From contig JAJUJA010000002.1 in assembly GCA_029267355.1 (NCBI GenBank), forward strand, positions 1,386-65,385: a stretch of DNA of 64,000 nt, in the 5' to 3' direction. The notes beneath the pieces are model-generated. The model worked only from the letters and a program-made list of their open reading frames with translations, ran no database searches and was not told the origin of the DNA. Positions 17,759-25,305 of the stretch are shown one piece after another. The stretch's first letter is position 1, and every line of letters starts with the position of its first letter. Position numbers and translations under genes: made by a program. The DNA is from Elusimicrobiota bacterium. Its GTDB lineage: Bacteria > Elusimicrobiota > Elusimicrobia > Elusimicrobiales > UBA9959.

Positions 17759-20124
17759 ATTTTATCCCCCAGGGAATTTTTCCATAATGAAAGCAGTTTT
17801 TTTGTATCGGCTTTTATTTGAGTTTCCCCTCTTAAAGATATTTCCAGTTTTTCATCGGCTGAAACAAAACCTATTTTGGAAATCCTTATGCCGCAAGACG
17901 ATTTCAAAAAAGCTTTTTCTTTGCCGGATTCAACCTCAACGATTATCAAGCCGGGCCCCTGCGAAAAAAGCGCCTCTTCAGTCCTGAGCCCGCGGCAAAC
18001 GCCGCCGAGTTCCAGCTTGCAGGTCAGTCCGTCAAAAGACATTTTTGCCGCAGCGGCCGCCAGCCCGCCCTTGGAGACATCATGAGCCGCTGCAACAAAA
18101 CCGCTCTCTACGGCTTTTGAAAGAAACAAATAATCCTTCATATGCTCTCGGGGCTTACACGGCGGCAGGACATTGTTTTTCTCCTTGAATATTTTTGAGT
18201 AAACACTGCCGCCCATGCCGCCCTTTATTCTGCCTATCAAATAGACCGGATTGCCGGCTTTTTTGAATTCGCTTGAAACCGTTTTTCTCACATCTTTAAC
18301 CGGCGCTATGGCCGAAATTAAAAGCGAAAGCGCTATCGGATAATCTTTGCCTTTGACTTTTGACTGATTATAAAAACTGTCTTTCCCCGATATGAAAGGC
18401 GCGCCGTAGGCAATAGCCGCATCCCTGCAGCCTAAAGCCGCCATGGCAAAATCTCCGAGAATATGCGGATTTCCGGGATTGGCGCAGCAGAAATTATCCA
18501 GCAGCGCAGTTCTTGAAATATCGGCGCCTGCGCAAGCCAGAGATCTTATGGCCTCGTCAATGGCGTAAAATGACATCAAGTAGGGATTTATCTTGCCTGA
18601 CTGCGAATCAAAGCCGTGAGATACGGCAAAGCCCTCATAATTGTCCATCTCGCCGGTAAAGGCATAAGGCCAGATTACCGCCGCATCCGAAGGCGTATTG
18701 CCCGATTTTCCGCAAAAGGGCTTCAAGACGGTCGCGCCCTGAACTTCATGGTCATATTGTCTGATTATCGCCTCTTTTGAGCAGACATTGACATCTGAAA
18801 TTATCCGGTTTAGAACTTCATTATAATCCTTAGGTTTATGAGTAAAATGTTTGATCTCGGGACGCGGCTTGTAAACGGCCTTTTTTACAAACTTCGGCAG
18901 GCCGCCGTGAAGAAAGGCCATATCCATGTCTATTATTTTTTCATTTCCAAAAAATACTCTTAATCTGCCTGAGCCGTCAAAACTGCCAAGCACGCATATC
19001 GGGCATTCTTCTATCCCGCATATATCTTTGAGAGCCGCAAGATTTTTCCTTGGAACGCTTAAAACCATTCTTTCCTGGGATTCGCTCACCCATATCTCCC
19101 ATGGTTTGACCGATGAGTCCTTAAGCAGGGCTTTTGACAAATCAACGCAGGCGCCGGTATCAGCACCCAATTCGCCTATGGCGGAAGAAAAGCCGCCGGC
19201 GCCGCAATCTGTAAGAGCATTGTAAAGTTTTTTATCGGCAGCTTTCATTATGACGTCCAGAACCTTCTTTTCATTTACCGCATGGCCTATCTGAACTGCG
19301 CTTGAACCCGTATTCTCGTCTATATCCGCGGAAGAAAAAGTGGCGCCATGTATGCCGTCCCTGCCGGTAGGGCCGCCTATGACAACTATTAAATCGCCTT
19401 TTTTAATCTTTTTGAAAATCCTGTCCTTTCTTATCAGCCCCACACAGCCGACATAAACCAGAGGGTTAAAAGTATAGCTTTCGTCAAAATGCACACTGCC
19501 GGCCGCAGTGGGTATGCCCATTCTGTTGCCGTAGTCCCTGACGCCTTCAACTACGCCTTCATAAATCTTCTTCGGCGGTAGAAAACCCTTCGGCATTTTT
19601 TCCTTTTCAAAAGGGCCGAAGCAAAAATTATCGGTATTAAGCACAGGTTTGGCGCCAAGGCCTGTGCCCAGAATGTCTCTTATCACTCCGCCGACGCCGG
19701 TTTCAGCGCCGCCGTAAGGGGCCACTGCGCAGGGGTGATTATGTGTTTCTGCCTTGAAGGCCAAACCCCATTTGGAGCGCGGCGACATTTCTATCACGCC
19801 GGCATTGTCCTTGAATACTGACAGGCACCATTTTTTATTGAGTTTTAAAGTGGCCTTCACTATTGTTTCTTTGAAAAGGTTCCTGAAAAGTCTTTTTCTC
19901 CCGCCGATGCAGAGCTCCACAGGGCCGGAAAATGTTTTATGCTTGCAGTGCTCTGACCAGGTCTGGGCTATAGTTTCCATTTCGGCTCTGGTCGGATTTC
20001 TGCCCAAGCCGGCGAAATAAGCTCTTGCTTTCTCAAGCTCGGCTGAGTTCAATGACCAGCCGAATTTTTCATTGAGCTTTAAAAGCTCTTTTTTTGAGGC
20101 ATTGATAAAATTTTCCATAGTCAA
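17755..20124 (-). CDS. purL: Phosphoribosylformylglycinamidine synthase subunit II
   Basis: 789 aa with duplicated PurM-like ATP-binding halves and the ETHNHP block (KAETHNHPCAVAPYGGAETGVGG). Confidence 0.95.
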   Translation of the reverse strand: MTMENFINASKKELLKLNEKFGWSLNSAELEKARAYFAGLGRNPTRAEMETIAQTWSEHCKHKTFSGPVELCIGGRKRLFRNLFKETIVKATLKLNKKWCLSVFKDNAGVIEMSPRSKWGLAFKAETHNHPCAVAPYGGAETGVGGVIRDILGTGLGAKPVLNTDNFCFGPFEKEKMPKGFLPPKKIYEGVVEGVRDYGNRMGIPTAAGSVHFDESYTFNPLVYVGCVGLIRKDRIFKKIKKGDLIVVIGGPTGRDGIHGATFSSADIDENTGSSAVQIGHAVNEKKVLDVIMKAADKKLYNALTDCGAGGFSSAIGELGADTGACVDLSKALLKDSSVKPWEIWVSESQERMVLSVPRKNLAALKDICGIEECPICVLGSFDGSGRLRVFFGNEKIIDMDMAFLHGGLPKFVKKAVYKPRPEIKHFTHKPKDYNEVLNRIISDVNVCSKEAIIRQYDHEVQGATVLKPFCGKSGNTPSDAAVIWPYAFTGEMDNYEGFAVSHGFDSQSGKINPYLMSFYAIDEAIRSLACAGADISRTALLDNFCCANPGNPHILGDFAMAALGCRDAAIAYGAPFISGKDSFYNQSKVKGKDYPIALSLLISAIAPVKDVRKTVSSEFKKAGNPVYLIGRIKGGMGGSVYSKIFKEKNNVLPPCKPREHMKDYLFLSKAVESGFVAAAHDVSKGGLAAAAAKMSFDGLTCKLELGGVCRGLRTEEALFSQGPGLIIVEVESGKEKAFLKSSCGIRISKIGFVSADEKLEISLRGETQIKADTKKLLSLWKNSLGDKI

Positions 20125-20561
20125 TCTGCCCTGACAGAATGTATCAAATCATTGCCGAAACAGGCCATAACGGCGCTTTGAGCTTCCAGAGGGCTAAGGC
20201 CTTTTATATAGAACACGCGCCCTGTAACAATTTTAGCCGGCTTTGAAAAGCCGCCCAGAAACAGCGCCTCGGCCGCGCTTTGAGCCAGCACATCGGTTAT
20301 GCCGGGCTTAAAAAGCATTTCCACTCTAACAAAACCGTCAAGTTTTCTCGGCTTGCCGGCTGTAAAATCCTCCGCTATAAAATCGCTTAAGACATTCCCG
20401 GCCATTTTTTCAAAATCTTTTTTCCCGTAAGAGCCGTCTATAATGTAAAGTTTGCTTTCCCTGGCGGCCCTTGCCCTGGGCGAAAAATGGGAAAGTTTCC
20501 TAAGCAGGCCTTTTTCTTCGTTTGAAGCGAATTCTTCTCTGGTGAATACCTCTATTTTCAT
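20121..20561 (-). CDS. purS: PurS-like protein, double length (two PurS-like halves)
   Basis: It sits in the purC-[x]-purL position with 4-nt overlaps on both sides. The C-terminal half (VRVEMLFKPGITDVLAQSAAEAL...VTGRVFYIKG) matches the PurS pattern. The N-terminal half is a degenerate copy. Confidence 0.6.
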   Translation of the reverse strand: MKIEVFTREEFASNEEKGLLRKLSHFSPRARAARESKLYIIDGSYGKKDFEKMAGNVLSDFIAEDFTAGKPRKLDGFVRVEMLFKPGITDVLAQSAAEALFLGGFSKPAKIVTGRVFYIKGLSPLEAQSAVMACFGNDLIHSVRAD

Positions 20562-21421
20562 GATATTATCTTGCCTTCTATCTCTCTGTAAAGTTCGGCT
20601 GTGCGCGCCGCGATATCCGGCGGCAGCTCAGGCGCAGGCGGCGTCTTAAGATCCCAGCCGCTTTTAATAAGCCAGTTGCGTACAAATTGCTTATCATAAC
20701 TGTCGGGGCTTTTGCCCGGCTGCCATGTCCCGGCGTCCCAGAACCTTGAAGAGTCCGGCGTAAAAGCCTCGTCTATCAGTATCAGCTCTCCGTCCAGGAA
20801 CCCGAATTCAAGCTTTGTGTCGGCAAGTATTATTCCTTTCTTCAAAAGATAGTCATGGGCAAAATTATAAAGCTCAAGGGATTTTTTCCTCACCTCATTC
20901 GCCGTTTCAAGACCTATTTTATCCGCCATAAACTCAAAGGAAACATTTTCATCATGCCCCTTGTCCGCTTTTGTAGTGGGCGTAAAAATCGGCTCGGGCA
21001 ATTTCTGAGCTTCTTTCAGCCCGGCAGGCAATTGAATGCCGCAAACAGAGCCGCTTTTGAGATATTCCTTCCAGCCGCTGCCTGTTATGTATCCGCGTAC
21101 TATACACTCAAAATCTATTCTTTGGGCCCTGGCCGCCAGAACGCTTCGGCCGTCAAAATATTGCGGAAGCTCAACTCCGGTCAGATCTTTAATTTCAGCC
21201 AAATCTGCGCTTATCAGATGATTTTTTATTATATGCTTTGTCTTTTCAAACCAGAACAGGCTTATACGGTTAAGCACAGCGCCCTTTCCCGGTATTTCGC
21301 TCGGCAAAACGAAATCAAAGGCGGAAATTCTGTCCGTGGCGCATATGAGCAGTTTATCTTCATCAACAAAATAAACATCTCTGACTTTGCCTTTGTACAG
21401 CTTAAGATCCTGCAGCTTCAT
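20558..21421 (-). CDS. purC: Phosphoribosylaminoimidazole-succinocarboxamide (SAICAR) synthase
   Basis: YKGKVRDVY N-terminal block, ATDRISAFD and ILADTKLEFG. Confidence 0.93.
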   Translation of the reverse strand: MKLQDLKLYKGKVRDVYFVDEDKLLICATDRISAFDFVLPSEIPGKGAVLNRISLFWFEKTKHIIKNHLISADLAEIKDLTGVELPQYFDGRSVLAARAQRIDFECIVRGYITGSGWKEYLKSGSVCGIQLPAGLKEAQKLPEPIFTPTTKADKGHDENVSFEFMADKIGLETANEVRKKSLELYNFAHDYLLKKGIILADTKLEFGFLDGELILIDEAFTPDSSRFWDAGTWQPGKSPDSYDKQFVRNWLIKSGWDLKTPPAPELPPDIAARTAELYREIEGKIIS

Positions 21422-21434
21422 TTCGCCTCCCTTT

Positions 21435-22964
21435 TCATTCCCACTCTATTGTTGCGGGCGGTTTGGAAGTTATATCATAAACCACCCTGTTTATGCCTCT
21501 GACCTCGCTTATTATGCGCGAAGAAATTCTGCCCAAAAGCGAATGTTCAAGTTTCGACCAGTCGGCTGTCATACCGTCCACGCTGTCCACGCACCTTACG
21601 GCCAGAGCGTTCTCATAGCTTCTCTCATCGCCCATAACACCTACCGACTTGACCGGCAGCAGAACGCAAAAAGCCTGCCATATCTTATAGTAAACTCCTG
21701 CTCTGTTTATTTCCTCTCTCATTATCAAATCAGCCTGTCTTAAAATGTTCAATCTTTCTTTATTCACTTCGCCTATTATCCTTATGGCCAGTCCCGGCCC
21801 CGGGAAAGGATGCTGATAAAGGATTTCTTTCGGCAAGCCGAGTTTTTCTCCTACTTCGCGCACCTCATCCTTGAAAAGAAATTTGAACGGCTCTATCAGC
21901 TTAAAACCGAGTTTTTCCGGCAGCCCTCCGACATTATGATGGCTTTTTATCACGGCTGAAGGGCCTTTAACCGATACTGACTCTATTATGTCCGGATAAA
22001 GCGTGCCCTGCAGCAGGAATTTGGCGCCTTTTATTTTTTTCGCCTCTTTCCTGAAAACATCTATAAATGTTGCGCCGATAATCTTTCTCTTTTTTTCAGG
22101 GTCCTCTATCCCGGCCAGCCTTTTTAAGAATATGCCGGATGCATCCGCCACCTTTATGTTGAAATGAAATTTCTTTCTGAAAACGCTTTCAATTCTCTCC
22201 CTGTCGCCTGCTCTGAGCAGTCCGGTATCCACAAAAACGCAGTTAAGCCTGCTGCCGAGCGCCTTATGCGCAAGAACAGCGGCCACTGAACTGTCAACGC
22301 CGCCTGAAAGCGCGCAAATAACCTTTTCCCTGCCGGCAGTTTCCTTTATCTCTTTTATGGAATTTTTTATGAAGTCGCCGCTATTGAAAAAATCCCTTAT
22401 TTTGCAGACATTAACCGCAAAATTTTCAAGGATTTTAATGCCGCCTTCAGTGTGAAAAACCTCCGGATGGAATTGAAGCGCGTAAATGTTCCTTGACGGC
22501 TTTTCTATGGCGGCTATAAGCCCGTTTTCCGTCTTGGCGCATACGGAAAATTCAAGGGGAGCTTTTTTAACCTCATCGCCATGGCTCATCCATACATTCA
22601 GCTCCTTCTTCAGCCCTTTAAAAAGCCCGCCCTGCGAAACCCTTATTTTCGTAAGGCCATACTCCCTTTTAACGGCTTTTTTTATCTCGCCGCCCAAATC
22701 TCTGGAAATAAGCTGCATGCCGTAGCATATTCCCAAAATAGGCACAGGGCAGGTGGCTATATCAAAGGGCGAACCGGGTGCATTGCCTGCATATACGCTT
22801 TGCGGCCCTCCTGAAAATATAATGCCTTTTATATCGTCTCTTATCAGTTCTTTAAGCGGCGTATTGAAAGGCTTTATCTCGCAATAAACCTTCAAACTTC
22901 TCAAACGCCGGGCTATGAGCTGCGTATACTGGCTGCCGAAATCAAGTATCAGTATCTGTTCCAT
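21435..22964 (-). CDS. guaA: GMP synthase (glutamine-hydrolysing)
   Basis: GATase domain (GICYGMQ, HPE), ATP-pyrophosphatase P-loop SGGVDSSV and the C-terminal ...PPATIEWE. Confidence 0.96.
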   Translation of the reverse strand: MEQILILDFGSQYTQLIARRLRSLKVYCEIKPFNTPLKELIRDDIKGIIFSGGPQSVYAGNAPGSPFDIATCPVPILGICYGMQLISRDLGGEIKKAVKREYGLTKIRVSQGGLFKGLKKELNVWMSHGDEVKKAPLEFSVCAKTENGLIAAIEKPSRNIYALQFHPEVFHTEGGIKILENFAVNVCKIRDFFNSGDFIKNSIKEIKETAGREKVICALSGGVDSSVAAVLAHKALGSRLNCVFVDTGLLRAGDRERIESVFRKKFHFNIKVADASGIFLKRLAGIEDPEKKRKIIGATFIDVFRKEAKKIKGAKFLLQGTLYPDIIESVSVKGPSAVIKSHHNVGGLPEKLGFKLIEPFKFLFKDEVREVGEKLGLPKEILYQHPFPGPGLAIRIIGEVNKERLNILRQADLIMREEINRAGVYYKIWQAFCVLLPVKSVGVMGDERSYENALAVRCVDSVDGMTADWSKLEHSLLGRISSRIISEVRGINRVVYDITSKPPATIEWE

Positions 22965-22968
22965 CGGC

Positions 22969-24138
22969 TTATTTCTGCTTTCCCATGCCGACTATCTGCG
23001 CTTTTTGTAAAAGCTTGCCCTCGGTTTTTATGGAAGGAGCTATTATTATCGGCACCATCTGCATTTCCTTTATATTATGCGCTCCAAGCGCGCCCATTGA
23101 AGTTTTAAGAGCGCCGACAAGATTTTGAGTGCCGTCATCAGTTCTGGCCGGGCCGAATAAAATCTCTTCTATGCTTCCCGTGGTGCCCACATGAACCCGC
23201 GTGCCTCTCGGCAGATTGGCATGAGGGGTGGCCATGCCCCAATGATAACCTTTTCCGGGGGCTTCCTTGGCTTTGGCAAAAGGCGAGCCTATCATAACCG
23301 CGTCGGAGCCGGAAGCTATCGCCTTGCATACATCGCCGCCGGTTATCATTCCGCCGTCGGTTATTATGGGCACATATTTGCCCGTTTTCTTGAAATAAAC
23401 ATCTCTGGCCGCCGCGCAATCCACTGTCGCCGTAACCTGCGGCACGCCTATACCCAGAACGCCGCGGCTGGTGCAGGCCGCTCCGGGGCCGACTCCTATA
23501 AGAAGCCCGGCCGCGCCGGTCTCCATAAGCTCAAGCGCGGCTCTGTAGGTAACGCAATTTCCAAGCACCACCGGGATTTTCATTTCCTTAATGAATTTAA
23601 AAAGGTCCAGCGGCTTTTGCTTTGAAGATTCATATCTCACTGAAATGACGGTGGACTGAACAAAGAAAATATCGGCGCCAGCCTCTCTGGCTATTGGACC
23701 GAATTTGCCGGCATTCTGCGGTATGCAGCTTACAGCGCAGGGAACTTTATGCTTCTTTATTTCCTCAACTCTTCTTGCTATAAGATTGGGCTTTACCGGC
23801 TCCCTGTAAATTTTCTGGAAAATCTCAGTTGACTCCTCCGGTTTGCAATTGACCAGGCGCTCAACCGCCTCTGCGGGATTCTCATAGCGGCTGTTTATGC
23901 CGTCCAGATTTAAAACGGCCAGGCCGCCGAGTTTGTTCATTGCCGCAGCAAAATCCACGCCTACAACGCCGTCCATAGCCGAGGCGAGAAAAGGGATTTT
24001 CAGTTTTATGCCGCCGATTTCAACTGAAGTATCCGTATCGTCCGGATCTATCGTTAAACTGCCCGGCACCAGTGCTACATCGTCAAAACCGTAAGTCTGT
24101 CTGGCTTCTCTGTCTCTGCCTATGTAATTTGACATCAT
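22969..24138 (-). CDS. IMP dehydrogenase-related protein lacking the CBS subdomain (GuaB3-type)
   Basis: 389 aa, against about 490 for canonical GuaB. TIM-barrel blocks and an active-site-loop-like [11 protein letters not shown]. There is no room for a CBS pair. Confidence 0.8.
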   Translation of the reverse strand: MMSNYIGRDREARQTYGFDDVALVPGSLTIDPDDTDTSVEIGGIKLKIPFLASAMDGVVGVDFAAAMNKLGGLAVLNLDGINSRYENPAEAVERLVNCKPEESTEIFQKIYREPVKPNLIARRVEEIKKHKVPCAVSCIPQNAGKFGPIAREAGADIFFVQSTVISVRYESSKQKPLDLFKFIKEMKIPVVLGNCVTYRAALELMETGAAGLLIGVGPGAACTSRGVLGIGVPQVTATVDCAAARDVYFKKTGKYVPIITDGGMITGGDVCKAIASGSDAVMIGSPFAKAKEAPGKGYHWGMATPHANLPRGTRVHVGTTGSIEEILFGPARTDDGTQNLVGALKTSMGALGAHNIKEMQMVPIIIAPSIKTEGKLLQKAQIVGMGKQK

Positions 24139-24172
24139 TCCTCCGTTTTTCCCTCATAAAAGACAAAAAGCC

Positions 24173-24198
24173 CGCTGAAAACGTTTTTTTTTTCAGCG
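24173..24198 (-). terminator. Terminator-like hairpin inside the gua/pur leader (candidate attenuator)
   Basis: The minus strand reads CGCTGAAAA-aaaaaacg-TTTTCAGCG, followed by GGCTTTTTGTCTTTT. It lies 35-60 nt upstream of the guaB3-type ATG at 24138. Confidence 0.5.
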
Positions 24199-24251
24199 AG
24201 CTCACAGTCCGTAATGCCCGGACCTTAAAAACTCTGCAAATCTATGCTAAG

Positions 24252-24260
24252 ATTCTAACA
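24252..24260 (-). promoter_or_regulatory. Extended -10 (TGTTAGAAT) for the gua/pur cluster
   Basis: The minus strand reads TGTTAGAAT (24260->24252), about 110 nt upstream of the ATG at 24138. Confidence 0.45.
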
Positions 24261-24267
24261 AATTAAA

Positions 24268-24288
24268 AGGCGAAAACAAAATTCGCCT
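24268..24288 (-). terminator. Terminator-like hairpin upstream of the gua/pur promoter (end of a short divergent transcript, or first element of a tandem leader)
   Basis: The minus strand reads AGGCGAA-ttttgtt-TTCGCCT, followed by TTTTAATTT. No upstream minus-strand gene exists for it to terminate. Confidence 0.45.
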
Positions 24289-24345
24289 CCGCCGTATTCA
24301 AAATATCACCGCTTTTCCCGGCAAACTCCCTAGGCAAAAATTCCG

Positions 24346-24351
24346 TATAAT
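24346..24351 (+). promoter_or_regulatory. TATAAT 6 nt upstream of the radical SAM ATG; candidate leaderless promoter
   Basis: TATAAT at 24346-24351, ATTGAA, then ATG at 24358. The opposite strand reads TATTAT at 24352->24347, so two divergent -10 elements may overlap here. Confidence 0.45.
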
Positions 24352-24357
24352 ATTGAA

Positions 24358-25254
24358 ATGGAAGGTATTGAGCCGGTAATACATATAACGACAGCATGCA
24401 ATCACAGATGCCTGTTCTGTTCCCGCAAGGGAGACCCGCCGGAATCGCCTGAAGAAATCATTGAAATACTTAAAAATTTCAAATACACCATAACAATAGA
24501 AGGCGGCGAGCCGACCTTGTCAAAAAAATTATTTTCTCTCATCAGAAAAGCAAAAAAGGAGAAAGTAAGGGAGATAATGCTTGTAACAAACGGATTTTCT
24601 CTGGACAGGCAGGAAAATGTGCGGAAAATGACGGCCGCCGGCGTGGATGTTTTCAACTTTAATTTCCCTTCGCATATTGAAAAAATTTACAATTTGCTGA
24701 CCGGCTCAAAAAATTTCAGAAAAACTGTTTCGGCTATCAAAAACTGCATTGATATAGCCGGCCCGCAAAAAACAAGGCTTACCATGGTTTTGAACTCCAT
24801 GAATTATAGGTTTTTGGCTGCCTATGCGGGATTTGTAAAAAAAGAATTCGGGAAAATTTTCTACTGCGAAATAAATATGATAAAAGTTCTGGGCTCAGTG
24901 AGAAAAAGGACATGGCTGGTCCCGAAGCTTGCGGATATGGCTCCCTATTTAGACGAAGGTTTTGCCGCCTTTAAAAAACTCGGCATCAAATTTGTAAGCG
25001 ACGGCCTGCCGCTTTGCTTTATGAAAGGCAGCGAGGAAAACAATATAGATGCCTGCATGGCTGCCTCAGGAGGACTTTTTTCCGCCTCGGAAAAAGCGCA
25101 TACTCCTTTATGCACTAAATGCCTTTTGAAAAAATTCTGCCCCGGACCGAGAAAGGATTATATTTCGCTTTACGGCTGCGCAGAAATTAAACCCTGCAGA
25201 AATGCCCAGTACGCCTCATCCGTCAAAAAAAGGCTTAAAAACGGACAGTATTAA
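24358..25254 (+). CDS. Radical SAM protein with a Cys-rich C-terminal (SPASM/twitch-like) region
   Basis: CxxxCxxC at residues 14-21 (ACNHRCLFCS) and a GGE motif (TIEGGEPTL). C-terminal cysteines: PLCF...DAC...PLCTKCLLKKFCPG...YGC...KPC. Confidence 0.8.
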   Translation: MEGIEPVIHITTACNHRCLFCSRKGDPPESPEEIIEILKNFKYTITIEGGEPTLSKKLFSLIRKAKKEKVREIMLVTNGFSLDRQENVRKMTAAGVDVFNFNFPSHIEKIYNLLTGSKNFRKTVSAIKNCIDIAGPQKTRLTMVLNSMNYRFLAAYAGFVKKEFGKIFYCEINMIKVLGSVRKRTWLVPKLADMAPYLDEGFAAFKKLGIKFVSDGLPLCFMKGSEENNIDACMAASGGLFSASEKAHTPLCTKCLLKKFCPGPRKDYISLYGCAEIKPCRNAQYASSVKKRLKNGQY

Positions 25255-25287
25255 ACTTAAAATTTAGCGGATTTTTACGGTTTTTTG

Positions 25288-25299
25288 AATTGCTATAAT
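25288..25299 (+). promoter_or_regulatory. Extended -10 (TGcTATAAT) 6 nt upstream of the NERD gene ATG; candidate leaderless promoter
   Basis: AATTGCTATAAT at 25288-25299, TTTACT, then ATG at 25306. Confidence 0.5.
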
Positions 25300-25305
25300 T
25301 TTACT

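Noticed and set aside
20855-21502. 215-aa plus-strand ORF in the track, and the shorter ORFs at 21036-21221 and 21387-21743.
   Set aside because: It is entirely antisense to purC and the guaA 3' end, both of which have unambiguous family motifs. The product is low-complexity with no SD or promoter. It is a shadow ORF.
23138-23625. A 144-aa plus-strand ORF and a 93-aa minus-strand ORF inside the guaB3-type gene.
   Set aside because: They are alternative frames of a well-supported TIM-barrel gene. The products are Arg/Gly-rich, as is typical of out-of-frame translation of GC-richer coding DNA.
24139-24250. A guanine/purine riboswitch or a ZTP (pfl) riboswitch in the gua/pur leader.
   Set aside because: The segment GGUCCGGGCAUUACGGACU superficially recalls the P3 region of purine riboswitches. 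There is no P2 hairpin and no UAUNNG/J2-3 UUUCUACC context. The ZTP hallmark CCGCCUGGGC is absent. I kept it only as an unassigned structured leader.
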